Shown: one piece after another, positions 17,100 to 26,556 of the stretch
Position numbering within the stretch: the first letter of the stretch is position 1
Layout of the letters: every line of letters begins with the position of its first letter
Source: Candidatus Rokuibacteriota bacterium
GTDB lineage: Bacteria; Methylomirabilota; Methylomirabilia; Rokubacteriales; CSP1-6
Assembly (NCBI GenBank): GCA_005887895.1
Contig: VBPC01000272.1
Coordinates: forward strand, 5,561-69,560
Length of the DNA stretch: 64,000 nt
Reading direction: 5' to 3'
The notes under the pieces: model-generated
Databases searched by the model: none
What the model was told of the DNA's origin: nothing
The model's input: only the letters and a program-made list of their open reading frames with translations
Program-made: the position numbers and the translations under genes

Positions 17100-18196
17100 G
17101 CGGCGTCTCCCCTGGCGCGCGCGATCCGCCGATCGAGCGCGGGATGCGAGTAGAGCAGGATCTCCTTGAGCCGGTGCGGGCGCCGCTCGGCGAGGTTGAG
17201 CGTGCCGAGCCGCTCCATCGCACCGATGAAGGCCCCCGGATCGCGCGTCAGGCCCAGCGCGAAGTCGTCGGCCTGCCGCTCGATCCAGCGCGAGAACGCG
17301 TTGGCCAGCGGCAGCTGGAGCGCGCCGAGCAGCAGCATCACGAGCGCGAGCCACGGCAGCCCGGCGGGATCGGCCGGCCCCTCGAGGTTCCACCACGGCA
17401 CGCCGGCGCGCAGCAGCGCGCCGGCCGCCCAGAACGTGACGAGCGTGAGCGCGCCCTGCACGAGAAGGCCGCGGCGCACGTCGCCGTGCACGTGATGCCC
17501 GAGCTCGTGGGCCAGCACGGCCTCGACCTCGTCCTGACCGAACGCGGAGGCCAGCGTGTCGAACAGGATGATGCGCCGCGTGCGGCCGAGCCCGACCACG
17601 GCGGCGTTGGCGGTGCGGCTCTTGCGCGACTCGTCGACGACCCACACGCCGATCGCCGCCACGCCGGCCCGGCCGGCCAGCGCCAGCAGCCGCGCCTCGA
17701 GCGCGGGATCGGCCAGGCGCGTGAGGCGATAGAAGATCGGCATGATGAGCACCGGAAACAGCGCGGCCAGCGCGATGCCGACCACGAAGAAGATCACGGC
17801 GGCGACGAGCCACCACCAGGCCGTGAGCCGCAGGAGGGCGTAGACGACCAGCACGCCGCCCAGGCCCAGCGCACCGCCGAGCGCGGCCGCCTTCGCGCGG
17901 TCGGCCAGCCAGCCGGCGAACGGCTGGTGCAGGAGCCCGTAGCGGCGCGGCAGCCAGAAGCCGCGCACGACCCGCAGCGGGAAGCCCAGCAGCGCGTGGC
18001 CGGCGCTGACGAGCAGCGCGACCGCCACGACCTGCGTCCACCAGGCGTCGGTGAGGACCGAGACGATCAGGGCCAGCCGCGCGCTGACGCCCGAGGCGAG
18101 GAGAGCCAGCAGATAGGCGGCGCTCAGCGCGAAGCCGGCGAGGCCGAGCCAGAGCTGCAGGCGATGGTAGCGCGCGGCGTCGCGCGGCTCGGACAT
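17096..18196 (-). CDS. M48-family (Ste24/HtpX-like) membrane zinc metalloprotease
   Basis: 366 aa from ATG 18196. It has an HELGH zinc motif and several TM helices. There is an ATGA overlap with the downstream PEP-mutase-family gene. Confidence 0.8.
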   Translation of the reverse strand: MSEPRDAARYHRLQLWLGLAGFALSAAYLLALLASGVSARLALIVSVLTDAWWTQVVAVALLVSAGHALLGFPLRVVRGFWLPRRYGLLHQPFAGWLADRAKAAALGGALGLGGVLVVYALLRLTAWWWLVAAVIFFVVGIALAALFPVLIMPIFYRLTRLADPALEARLLALAGRAGVAAIGVWVVDESRKSRTANAAVVGLGRTRRIILFDTLASAFGQDEVEAVLAHELGHHVHGDVRRGLLVQGALTLVTFWAAGALLRAGVPWWNLEGPADPAGLPWLALVMLLLGALQLPLANAFSRWIERQADDFALGLTRDPGAFIGAMERLGTLNLAERRPHRLKEILLYSHPALDRRIARARGDAA

Positions 18197-18440
18197 GCGC
18201 GCATTGTACATAGCCGCCCGGCGCGGCATACTCGCCCGATGTGCGACCTGCCGGAGGCGGTGTCGTGACACGCTCGCGCACCGGATCGGCAGGACGCGCC
18301 GGGCGATCGCGCGCGCCCGCGGAGATGCGCGACCGCCGAGGAGATGCGCGACCGGATGATCCGCGACGGGGCGGACGCACGGACGAGTCGGGTACAATGA
18401 ACGAGTGTTCACTCCGAGATTAGCACCGTAAGGAGCCCGC

Positions 18441-19349
18441 ATGTTCGAGTCCGTCGAGGAGGTCCAGCAGCGGTTCAGGGACGCGCGGTACATCGCCAGC
18501 CGCCGCATTTCGACCGTCGTCTTCCTGGCCGCGCGGATGGGACGCCCGGTGCTGGTCGAAGGCCCGGCCGGCGTCGGCAAGACCGAGCTGGCCAAGACGC
18601 TGTCCGACGTCACCAGCCGCGGCCTCATCCGGCTGCAGTGCTACGAGGGGCTCGACGAGGGCAAGGCCCTCTACGAGTGGAAGTACGCCAAGCAGCTCCT
18701 CTACACGCAGCTCCTGCGCGAGCGCATCGGCGAGCTGATCGCCGACGCGCCGTCGCTGCCGGAGGCCGTGTCGCGCATCGCCGGCCAGGACGACGCGTTC
18801 TTCTCCTACCGGTTCCTGTCACCGCGGCCCCTGCTGCAGGCGATCCGCGCCGACGATCCGGTCGTGCTGCTGGTCGACGAGATCGACAAGGCCGAGCCGG
18901 AGTTCGAGGCGTTCTTGCTGGAAGTCCTCTCCGATTTCCAGGTGTCGATTCCGGAGCTCGGGACGGTGAAGGCGAAGCACGTTCCCCTGGTCGTCCTGAC
19001 CTCGAACAACGCCCGCGAGCTCAGCGACGGGCTCAAGCGCCGCTGCCTCCATCTGTTCATCGACTTTCCGACGCCGGCCGACGAGCTGGAGATCATCCGG
19101 CTGAAGGTGCCGGAGATCCCCGAGCGGCTGGCGCGCGCGGTCGTGGCGGCCGTGCAGAAGATCCGCGCGCTGGAGCTGCGCAAGCCGCCGTCGGTGTCGG
19201 AGTCGATCGACTGGGCGCGCTCGCTGGTGATCCTCAACGCCCGCGAGCTCGATCCCACGCTCGTCGAGTCCACGCTGACGTTGCTCGTGAAGTACGAAAA
19301 GGACATCGAACGCGTGCGGGGGGCGCTCGAGAAGGTCCTGGCGGAGTAA
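18441..19349 (+). CDS. MoxR-family AAA+ ATPase (CoxD-like)
   Basis: 302 aa. Walker A is GPAGVGKT and Walker B is [10 protein letters not shown]. An AAGGAG Shine-Dalgarno sequence precedes the ATG. Confidence 0.85.
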   Translation: MFESVEEVQQRFRDARYIASRRISTVVFLAARMGRPVLVEGPAGVGKTELAKTLSDVTSRGLIRLQCYEGLDEGKALYEWKYAKQLLYTQLLRERIGELIADAPSLPEAVSRIAGQDDAFFSYRFLSPRPLLQAIRADDPVVLLVDEIDKAEPEFEAFLLEVLSDFQVSIPELGTVKAKHVPLVVLTSNNARELSDGLKRRCLHLFIDFPTPADELEIIRLKVPEIPERLARAVVAAVQKIRALELRKPPSVSESIDWARSLVILNARELDPTLVESTLTLLVKYEKDIERVRGALEKVLAE

Positions 19350-19350
19350 A

Positions 19351-20760
19351 ATGGAAGAACGGATCCTCGAGTTCATCGGCGACTTGCGGCGCGCCGAGCT
19401 CCGGATCTCCACGTCGGAGGCGCTCGATGCGCTGGCCGCCAGCGCCGAGGTCGGTCTCACTGACCGCGAGACGTTCAAGTCGACGCTGGCCGCGACCCTC
19501 GTCAAGGAGGCGCGCGACCACGAGACCTTCGACCGGATCTTCAACCTCTACTTCCTCGACCTCCAGGCGCTCGGCGAGGGCCTCAAGAAGGCGCTGGGGC
19601 CGGAGGATCCGAAGGTCCAGGAGCAGCTCGACCGGCTGGTGGACGAGGAGGGGCTCGACCTCGACGAGCTGACCGAGCTGCTCATGCGCGGGCAGGGCAG
19701 CGAGATGGAGATGGCCATTCGCGGCGGCGCCCAGGGCGCCGGCCTCGAGCGGCTCATGTACTTCCTGCAGGTCGGCTACTTCAGCCGCCGCATCGCCGAC
19801 CAGTTCGACTGGTCGGCGATCGAGGCCGACATCGAGAAGATCATGCAGGCGCTGGAGGCGCGCGGGCTCGATCCCGGCCAGCTCGCCCGCATCCGCAACT
19901 ACCTCGAGCTGCGGCTGGAGGCGTTCCGCCGGATGATCCGCCAGCACGTGCAGCGCGAGCTGGAGCGGCGGGCCTATCGCGCCGGCGAGCAGCTCACGCG
20001 CGAGGTCCTGGCCGACAAGCCGCTCTTCGCGCTGACGCCGGACGAGGTCGCCCAGATGAAGGGCGTGGTGGCCAAGCTGGCGCGCCGGATCAAGGACGCG
20101 CTGGCCCTGCGGCAGCGGCAGGAGCAGAAAGGGCGCATCGACTCCCGCCGCACGATCCGCAAGAGCCTGCAGTATGGCGGCGTGCCGATGGAGATCTACC
20201 TCAAGCGCCGGCACCGCGAGAAGCCGAAGCTCATCACGATCTGCGACGTGTCGGACTCGGTGCGCAATGCCTCCCGCTTCATGCTCCAGCTCGTGTGGAG
20301 CCTGCAGGAGTGCTTCAGCCGCGTGCGCTCCTACGTGTTCGTGTCGGAGATCGCCGAGGTGACCCAGGCCTTCGGCACCTATCCAGTCGAGCGGGCCATC
20401 GAGTGGGCCCTCAAGGGCGCGCCCGTCGACTACCATTGCCGGTCGGACTTCGGCTACGCGTTCAGCCGGTTCGCCAACACCGAGCTCGAGTCGCTCGACC
20501 GCAAGACGTCGATCCTCGTCCTCGGGGACGCCCGCAACAACTACAACGATCCGCAGGCCTGGGCGCTGCGGCTCATCCGAGAGCGCGTGAAGGGCATCAT
20601 CTGGCTCAATCCCGAGGGCCAGTGGGGCTGGGGCATCGGCGACAGCGTGATGCCGCTCTACGCACCGGCCTGCGACATCGTGCGCGAGTGCCGCACCGTC
20701 GGCCAGCTCGGCGAGGTGGTGGACAACCTCGTGCACCAGTGGTGGCGCCGGGGACGCTAG
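19351..20760 (+). CDS. VWA-domain protein, CoxE-like
   Basis: 469 aa, 1 nt after the MoxR stop. The C-terminal VWA-like region (ITICDVSDSV...LVLGDARNNY) is typical of CoxE-family partners of MoxR ATPases. Confidence 0.75.
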   Translation: MEERILEFIGDLRRAELRISTSEALDALAASAEVGLTDRETFKSTLAATLVKEARDHETFDRIFNLYFLDLQALGEGLKKALGPEDPKVQEQLDRLVDEEGLDLDELTELLMRGQGSEMEMAIRGGAQGAGLERLMYFLQVGYFSRRIADQFDWSAIEADIEKIMQALEARGLDPGQLARIRNYLELRLEAFRRMIRQHVQRELERRAYRAGEQLTREVLADKPLFALTPDEVAQMKGVVAKLARRIKDALALRQRQEQKGRIDSRRTIRKSLQYGGVPMEIYLKRRHREKPKLITICDVSDSVRNASRFMLQLVWSLQECFSRVRSYVFVSEIAEVTQAFGTYPVERAIEWALKGAPVDYHCRSDFGYAFSRFANTELESLDRKTSILVLGDARNNYNDPQAWALRLIRERVKGIIWLNPEGQWGWGIGDSVMPLYAPACDIVRECRTVGQLGEVVDNLVHQWWRRGR

Positions 20761-20761
20761 G

Positions 20762-21487
20762 GTGCCGGCGGCGCACGCGCTGGCCCGAGGCTTGCTCTGT
20801 CTCGATCGTGTGCGCGTCCTGGTTCTGCTCGCGCTGCTCGCCGCCGCCGGCCTGGCCTTCGCCCAGGCCGCGCAACCTGCTGCCCAGGACGATTGCATCG
20901 TCCTCGACGATTTCTCGAAGTCCAGGGTCGGCGAGTTTCCCGCCGGCTGGGAGGCCCGCAAGAGCGAGGGCAAGAGCGTCTACACCGTGCAGGAGAACGG
21001 CGGCAAGCGCTTCCTGCGCGCCGTGTCCAAGGGCCTCGGCATCCAGGCCGCGCGCGAGACGCCCAACTGGGACCTCGCGACCCATCCGGTGCTGGCGTGG
21101 TCGTGGCGGCCGCGGCAGTTTCCCCAGGGCGCCGACGAGCGGAAGTCGTCGCTGAACGACAGCGCGCTCGCCGTCTACATGGGCGTGCCGTACTCCAAGG
21201 TGCGCGGCCCCAAGGCGATGAAGTACGTCTGGAGCGAGAAGGTCCCGGTCGGCACGCGCCTGACCTCCAACAGCAACCTCACCCAGGTGCACGTGCTCAG
21301 GAGCGGCGCCCCGGCGTCGCCGGATGCGTGGACCCAGGAGCGGGTCAACGTGCTGACCGAGTGGAAGGCCGCGTTCAAGGAGTCCGACACGCCGAAGGTG
21401 GTCGGCATCGCGGTCCTCACCGACGCCGACGACACGAAGTCGTCCGCGGCCGGCGACTACGCCGATTTTCGAGCCTGCCGCGGCTAG
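20762..21487 (+). CDS. Secreted DUF3047-like protein
   Basis: 241 aa with a signal peptide. The blocks LAWSWRPRQFP, NDSALAVYMG, MKYVWSEKVPVG and AVLTDADDTKSSAAGDYADF match my recollection of DUF3047. Confidence 0.55.
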   Translation: MPAAHALARGLLCLDRVRVLVLLALLAAAGLAFAQAAQPAAQDDCIVLDDFSKSRVGEFPAGWEARKSEGKSVYTVQENGGKRFLRAVSKGLGIQAARETPNWDLATHPVLAWSWRPRQFPQGADERKSSLNDSALAVYMGVPYSKVRGPKAMKYVWSEKVPVGTRLTSNSNLTQVHVLRSGAPASPDAWTQERVNVLTEWKAAFKESDTPKVVGIAVLTDADDTKSSAAGDYADFRACRG

Positions 21488-21496
21488 GCTCTCCCG

Positions 21497-22468
21497 CTAC
21501 GTTCCCATCCCGGCGGGTGGAATGCCCGCGCACGGGTCGCCGTCGTCCGTGCGCGGCGTGAACCAGACCCAGTCGAACGGCAGCGCGCCGTCGAAGGCCG
21601 CCGCGTAGTCCGGCGGCCGCGTCCAGCCCTCGCGCACCTCCAGCGGCGCCACCACCGCGATGCGCGCGCCCGGCTCGCGACCGCGCAGGTAGATCGGCAC
21701 GCCGCGGTCCTCGCGCACGTGGCCGAGGCCGGCGATGAGCACGCCGCCGTCGCGGTCGGCGGCCAGCAGGCTGTCGGTGAGCATGGCGTCGCGCGCGCGC
21801 TGGGCGAGGACCATCGTTTCCACGCGTCCGGCCGGCAGGCGACCGCAGTGCGCCTCGGCCAGCTCGGCCGTCAGCCGCGCGTGCGCGGCCGGCGCCATCG
21901 GCTGGTCGAGCGCGTACCGTGCGGCGAGCCCGGCGGGCACGGCGCCCGCCTCGCCGCGGGCGATCGAGCGCACCGTGGCCGGCGCCAGGTTGGCGGCGAC
22001 CAGCGGCACGCCGGCCTCGAGCGCGGCCTGGGCGATCGGCCGGTAGTACGCCCAGTCCGGCCAGCCGGAGTGTTTCCAGTCGACCGCCTCGGCGAGCCCG
22101 GCGGCGTCGCGCGGGGCGGCGGCGAGATGCCGCGCGATGAGCGGCGCCTGATCGGCGGTGAACATCTCGAAGGCGACGGCCGGTCGTCGACCGGTGCCGA
22201 GCAGCGAGCGCACCAGCGCGGCCTGGATCTGGTGGTGATCGGGGTTGTCGTGCTTCTCGCCGAGCAGCACGTAGCGGGCGGTGGCGAGGCGGGCGACGAC
22301 CGCGTCGGCCTCGACGAAACGCGCGCGGCGCACGTCCCAGATCCGCCCGGTGAGTGGATGCTCGCGCCCGAGCGGCGCCCGCCACGGCCCGAGCCCCGTG
22401 TCGACCCAGCGCGCACAGCCGGCGGCCAGGAGCGCGATCACGAGCACGCACCGCACGCCGGGCCCCAT
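21497..22468 (-). CDS. ChaN-family (DUF399/Tiki-like) lipoprotein
   Basis: 323 aa with an LLAAGC lipobox. YVLLGEKHDNPDHHQIQA and the AFEMF motif are typical of ChaN-like proteins. Confidence 0.65.
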   Translation of the reverse strand: MGPGVRCVLVIALLAAGCARWVDTGLGPWRAPLGREHPLTGRIWDVRRARFVEADAVVARLATARYVLLGEKHDNPDHHQIQAALVRSLLGTGRRPAVAFEMFTADQAPLIARHLAAAPRDAAGLAEAVDWKHSGWPDWAYYRPIAQAALEAGVPLVAANLAPATVRSIARGEAGAVPAGLAARYALDQPMAPAAHARLTAELAEAHCGRLPAGRVETMVLAQRARDAMLTDSLLAADRDGGVLIAGLGHVREDRGVPIYLRGREPGARIAVVAPLEVREGWTRPPDYAAAFDGALPFDWVWFTPRTDDGDPCAGIPPAGMGT

Positions 22469-22502
22469 GCCGCCAGCATACGCGCTGTGTTAGCCTCAGC
22501 GC

Positions 22503-23540
22503 ATGGCGCTCGCCGGAACCGACCCGATCGAGGAGCTCTACGCGCGCGGCGTGACCGACGGCCTGCCGGTGGTGCCGCCCACGCGCGAGCGGGTCGCGCG
22601 CGCCGTCGAGGCCACGGGCCGCGCCGCCGCCGAGCTGATCGCCGAGGTGCCGCCCAACTACGGCCGCGCCACCGTCGAGAAGATCGCGATCAACGCGGTC
22701 ATGGCGGGGTGCCGGCCCGATTACCTGCCGGTCGTGATCGCGGCGGTGGAGGCGGTGTGCGACGACGCGTTCGACCTGCACGGCGTCTCGGCGACGACCA
22801 ACGCGCCGGCGCCGCTGATCGTCGTCAACGGGCCGATCCGCCACCGCCTGGACATCAACTGCGGCGCCGGGCTCTTCGGACCCGGCTGGCGCGCCAACGC
22901 GACGATCGGCCGCGCCCTGCGCCTCGTCTGCGTCAACGTCGGCGGCGCCCGGCCCGGCGTCGTCAGCATGTCGACGTTCGCGCATCCCGGCCGCTACACC
23001 TACTGCATCGGCGAACGCGAGGAGGCCAGCCCATGGGACTCGCTGGCGGTGGAGCACGGCTTCGCGGCCGGCGACGACACCGTGGCCCTGCTGGCGGCCG
23101 ACGCGCCGATCACCGTGTACGACCAGCGCAGCCGCACCGCGCCCGACCTCTGCGCGACGCTGGCCGCCACGCTGGCCGTGATCGAGCATCACAAGATGAC
23201 GCACTGGGGCGACACGCTGCTCGTGCTGTCGCCCGAGCACGCGGCGATCGTGGCCGGCGACGGCTGGGGCAAGGCCGACGTGCGGCGCTTCCTGTTCGAG
23301 CGCCTGCACCGGCCCGTCCACGAGCTGGTGCCCGGCGTGAACGGCGGCGACGGCCTGCCCGAGCACGTGCTGCGCAAGTTCGCCGACCCCGCGCACGACG
23401 CGACGCCGATCCCGAAGTTCCGCAAGCCCGAGCACCTCAAGATCGTCGTGGCCGGCGGCAGCGCCGGCCGGTTCTCGGCGGTGGTGCCGGGCTGGACGTT
23501 CTCCAAGGGCTCGAACCTGGTGCTGAGGAGGATCCGATGA
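22503..23540 (+). CDS. Conserved hypothetical protein, translationally coupled to the UGSC selenoprotein gene
   Basis: 345 aa, GC3-rich. I recognise no family. There is an ATGA overlap with the next gene. Confidence 0.7.
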   Translation: MALAGTDPIEELYARGVTDGLPVVPPTRERVARAVEATGRAAAELIAEVPPNYGRATVEKIAINAVMAGCRPDYLPVVIAAVEAVCDDAFDLHGVSATTNAPAPLIVVNGPIRHRLDINCGAGLFGPGWRANATIGRALRLVCVNVGGARPGVVSMSTFAHPGRYTYCIGEREEASPWDSLAVEHGFAAGDDTVALLAADAPITVYDQRSRTAPDLCATLAATLAVIEHHKMTHWGDTLLVLSPEHAAIVAGDGWGKADVRRFLFERLHRPVHELVPGVNGGDGLPEHVLRKFADPAHDATPIPKFRKPEHLKIVVAGGSAGRFSAVVPGWTFSKGSNLVLRRIR

Positions 23541-24058
23541 CCGAGTATCTCGATCCCACCGACTCCGTCGCGGTCCCACGCAAGACGGCGCCGCGGCCGG
23601 CCAGCCTCGACGGCAAGGTCGTGACGCTGCTCGACATCTCGAAGGCCAAGGGCGACCATCTGCTGGACCGCGTGGAGGAGCTGCTGCGCGAGCGCGCCGG
23701 CGTGAAGACCATCGTGCGCAAGAAGAAGCCGACCTTCGCCCGCCCGGCGCCGGACCCGCTGCGCCAGGAGATCGTCGGCGCCACCGACGTGCTCGTCGAG
23801 GGTCTCGCCGATTGAGGGTCGTGCACAACGTGCAGTGTGCACGACGGCGTGTTCTTCGAGGACCACGGGATTCCCACCGCGACGGTGATCTCCAGCGAGT
23901 TCGTCCGGGCGGCGGCCGCCCAGGCCCAGGCCCTCGGCGCCGGCGACTACAAGACGGTCGTCGTGGCGCATCCGATCCAGCCGCTCACTCGCGAGGAGGT
24001 GCGCGCGCTCGCCGACAAGGCCTTCGACGACATCGTGGCACGGCTGACCCGGCGGTGA
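23537..24058 (+). CDS. UGSC-family selenoprotein (in-frame UGA 23813-23815 read as selenocysteine)
   Basis: 92 codons, then TGA, then 80 further in-frame GC3-rich codons up to TGA 24056-24058. The local sequence is LAD-U-GSCTTC (a U-x-x-C motif). A perfect hairpin follows the UGA. The total of 173 aa fits the family size I recall. Confidence 0.75.
23818..23845 (+). promoter_or_regulatory. Candidate bacterial SECIS hairpin
   Basis: The stem gtcgtgcac (23818-23826) pairs perfectly with gtgcacgac (23837-23845), and the loop is aacgtgcagt. The hairpin starts at the third nucleotide after the in-frame UGA. Confidence 0.6.
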
Positions 24059-24236
24059 CCGCATAGCGCGCGACCGCCCCCGCCGCCGGGCGGCGGCCGC
24101 CGCCGCGGACGCCGCGCCGCCCACGCGAGCCGGCGGTGTCGGCCGCGCCGTCCTCTTCGTCCACCTCGCGCTCTCGCCGCTCGTCTTCTCGCGCGAGACA
24201 CTCGAGGCGTTCGAGTACAACAAGGTCACGCTGCTC

Positions 24237-26546
24237 GTGGCCACCGCCAGCGTGCTGGCGGTGCTGGTGCCGTCGGCGCTGGCGCCGGGCGGCCGCCGGC
24301 TGCTGCGCGACCCGCTGCGGCTCGGCGTCGTCCTGTTCGCGCTGTCCGCGGTCGTGTCGACGGTGACCTCGCTCAGTCCGTGGACCTCGATCCTGGGCGC
24401 CCACGAGAGCTACTTCGGGCTGCTGACCTTCCTGGCCTACGCGGTCCTGTTCTTCGCCACCCGCGCCCTGTGCGCGTCCGTCGAGGACGCGCGACGCCTG
24501 GCGCTGGCCCCGGTGGTGGCGGCCGGCGTGGCGGCGACCTACGCCGTCGTCCAGATCGCCGGCCTCGATCCGATCCTCTACGCGCGCACGGCGGACCTGG
24601 GCGGGTTCGTCCGGCCGTTCGCGACGCTGGGTCATCCGAACTTCCTGTCCGCCTTCCTGGCCATGGCGCTGCCGCTCGTCATCGTCGCGCTCGACCGCGC
24701 GCTGCGGAATCGCCAGCCGGTCGTGGCCGCCGTCTTCGCCCTCGTCGCCGTGCTGTCCGGCGCGGCGATCGCCGTGGCCGTCTCCCGCGGCGCGTGGCTG
24801 GCCGCCGCGGCGGCGGCGGCGATCGTCGTCGGCGGCGCGTGGGCCGGCGCCAGAGGCCGGGTGGCGGCGGTCGCCGCCGGCGTGGCGGGCGGCACGGCCG
24901 CGGCGCTCGGCGTGCTGGCCGTGACGCTGCCGGCCGGCGGCGTCGTGCTGCGCGGACTGCTGGAGCGCGTGCGCTACTTCGCCGAGTCGGCCGGCCGCCA
25001 GCACATCTGGCGGGCGGCCTGGGACCTGTTCCGCGATCATCCGCTGACCGGGACGGGGCTCGACACGTTCCAGGTCGCGTTCGCCGACAAGCGGACGCCG
25101 GCGTACTGGGCGATCGAGTGGAACGCGAGTCCGGCCCGGGCGCACAACGAGGCGCTCAACCTGCTGGCGACGCAGGGCGCGCTGGGCGGGGTGGCCGTGC
25201 TCGCCGTCGTCGTCGGCGCGCTGCTGGCGGTGCGCCGCGCGTTGCGCGCCGGTGCCGACCGCGGACTCGTCGTCGCGCTGGCCGCCGGGGTGGCGGCCTT
25301 CGCCGTGCAGGACCTCTTCAGCTTCACGGTGGCGGCGTGCGGCACGCTCGTGGTCACCCAGGCGGCGCTGCTCTCGCGGCTGGCCGAGCCCATCGGGACG
25401 GCGCCGGCGCGCGACGGCCTGACCTCGCATGCGCTCGCGGTCGCGATCGTGACGCTGGTGGCCATCCCCGTCCTCGCCCTCAACCTCTCGGCGGCGCCAC
25501 TGCTCGACGAGCCCGCGCGGGTGATCGGCGGGCTGCTGGTGCTGCTGGCGCTGCTCGCTGGCGCTGCCGCGGTCTTCGCGCTGGAGCAGCACGGTCGAGC
25601 GTCCGTGCTCGCCGAGCGGGCGCGGTCGCGTCCGGCCGCGCGCACGTGGGACCGCTCGCGCGTCGCGCTGGCCGTGCGCTGGGCGATCGGGGCCATTCTC
25701 CTCGCGGGGCTCGTCGTCAGGCCGTTCGCCGCCGCCCGCGCGGCCTATCGGGGCGTCCTGCTGACGCCGGACGCGCCCGCCGCCGCGGTCCGGTCGCTCG
25801 AGCAGGCGGTGGCGCTGGAGCCGTTCACCGAGCTGTACTGGGTGAAGCTCGGCGCGGCCGCCCACGCCCTGGCCCGCGCGAGTGACCAGGCGGAGGCGCG
25901 CCGTCAGGCGCTCGAGCGGGCGCGCACCGCGTACGAGCGGGCGGCGCGCCTGGTGCCGGCGAACTCGTACGACCACGCCAATCTGGGCCGGGTGCTGGCC
26001 GACCTCGCCCGCGACGGCGCGACGCGGCCGGCGACCGCCCTGGCCGCCTTCGACCGCGCGCTCGCCATGGATCCGAACAACGCGTACTTCTATGTCGACG
26101 CGGCCAACGCCGCGCTCGCGATGGACGACGTGGACCACGCGCAGGCGTACGCGGCGCGGGGAGCCGCGCTCTATCCGCGGTTCGCGATCCCGAGAGCGCA
26201 GCTCGGCCACCTGGCGATGCTGCGCGGCCGGCCGGCGGAGGGCGCCGCGCTCCTGCAAGCGGCGCTCGACGGGGAGTGGTACGGTGCCGAGCGCGGACGC
26301 GCCGGCGCGGCGTCGAATCTGGCGGCGGCCTGGCTGCAGCTCGGGAAACCGGCCGAGGCCACCGCGGCGGCGCGGCTGGCCCTGTCGCTCGCCCCGAGCA
26401 CCGTGGAGGCGCGGTTCAACCTCGGCAAGGCGCTCGAGGCGCAGGGCCGGCGCGCCGAGGCGATCGACGAGTACCGGCGGCTGCTGCAGCAGCGTCCCGA
26501 CTACGAGCCGGCGCGCAGCTCACTGCGCGCGCTGGGAGCCTCCTAG
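24237..26546 (+). CDS. O-antigen ligase (Wzy_C)-like polytopic membrane protein with a C-terminal TPR domain
   Basis: 769 aa from the first canonical start (GTG 24237). It has many TM helices, an ARAHNEALNLLATQG motif and C-terminal TPR repeats. The open frame with a plausible TM/VFSxxxLExFEYxK segment continues upstream without ATG, GTG or TTG. Confidence 0.75.
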   Translation: MATASVLAVLVPSALAPGGRRLLRDPLRLGVVLFALSAVVSTVTSLSPWTSILGAHESYFGLLTFLAYAVLFFATRALCASVEDARRLALAPVVAAGVAATYAVVQIAGLDPILYARTADLGGFVRPFATLGHPNFLSAFLAMALPLVIVALDRALRNRQPVVAAVFALVAVLSGAAIAVAVSRGAWLAAAAAAAIVVGGAWAGARGRVAAVAAGVAGGTAAALGVLAVTLPAGGVVLRGLLERVRYFAESAGRQHIWRAAWDLFRDHPLTGTGLDTFQVAFADKRTPAYWAIEWNASPARAHNEALNLLATQGALGGVAVLAVVVGALLAVRRALRAGADRGLVVALAAGVAAFAVQDLFSFTVAACGTLVVTQAALLSRLAEPIGTAPARDGLTSHALAVAIVTLVAIPVLALNLSAAPLLDEPARVIGGLLVLLALLAGAAAVFALEQHGRASVLAERARSRPAARTWDRSRVALAVRWAIGAILLAGLVVRPFAAARAAYRGVLLTPDAPAAAVRSLEQAVALEPFTELYWVKLGAAAHALARASDQAEARRQALERARTAYERAARLVPANSYDHANLGRVLADLARDGATRPATALAAFDRALAMDPNNAYFYVDAANAALAMDDVDHAQAYAARGAALYPRFAIPRAQLGHLAMLRGRPAEGAALLQAALDGEWYGAERGRAGAASNLAAAWLQLGKPAEATAAARLALSLAPSTVEARFNLGKALEAQGRRAEAIDEYRRLLQQRPDYEPARSSLRALGAS

Positions 26547-26556
26547 CGCTCTGCGC

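Noticed and set aside
23985-26258. 757-aa minus-strand ORF
   Set aside because: It is antisense to the O-antigen-ligase/TPR gene, and its translation is dominated by R, G, A, D and E.
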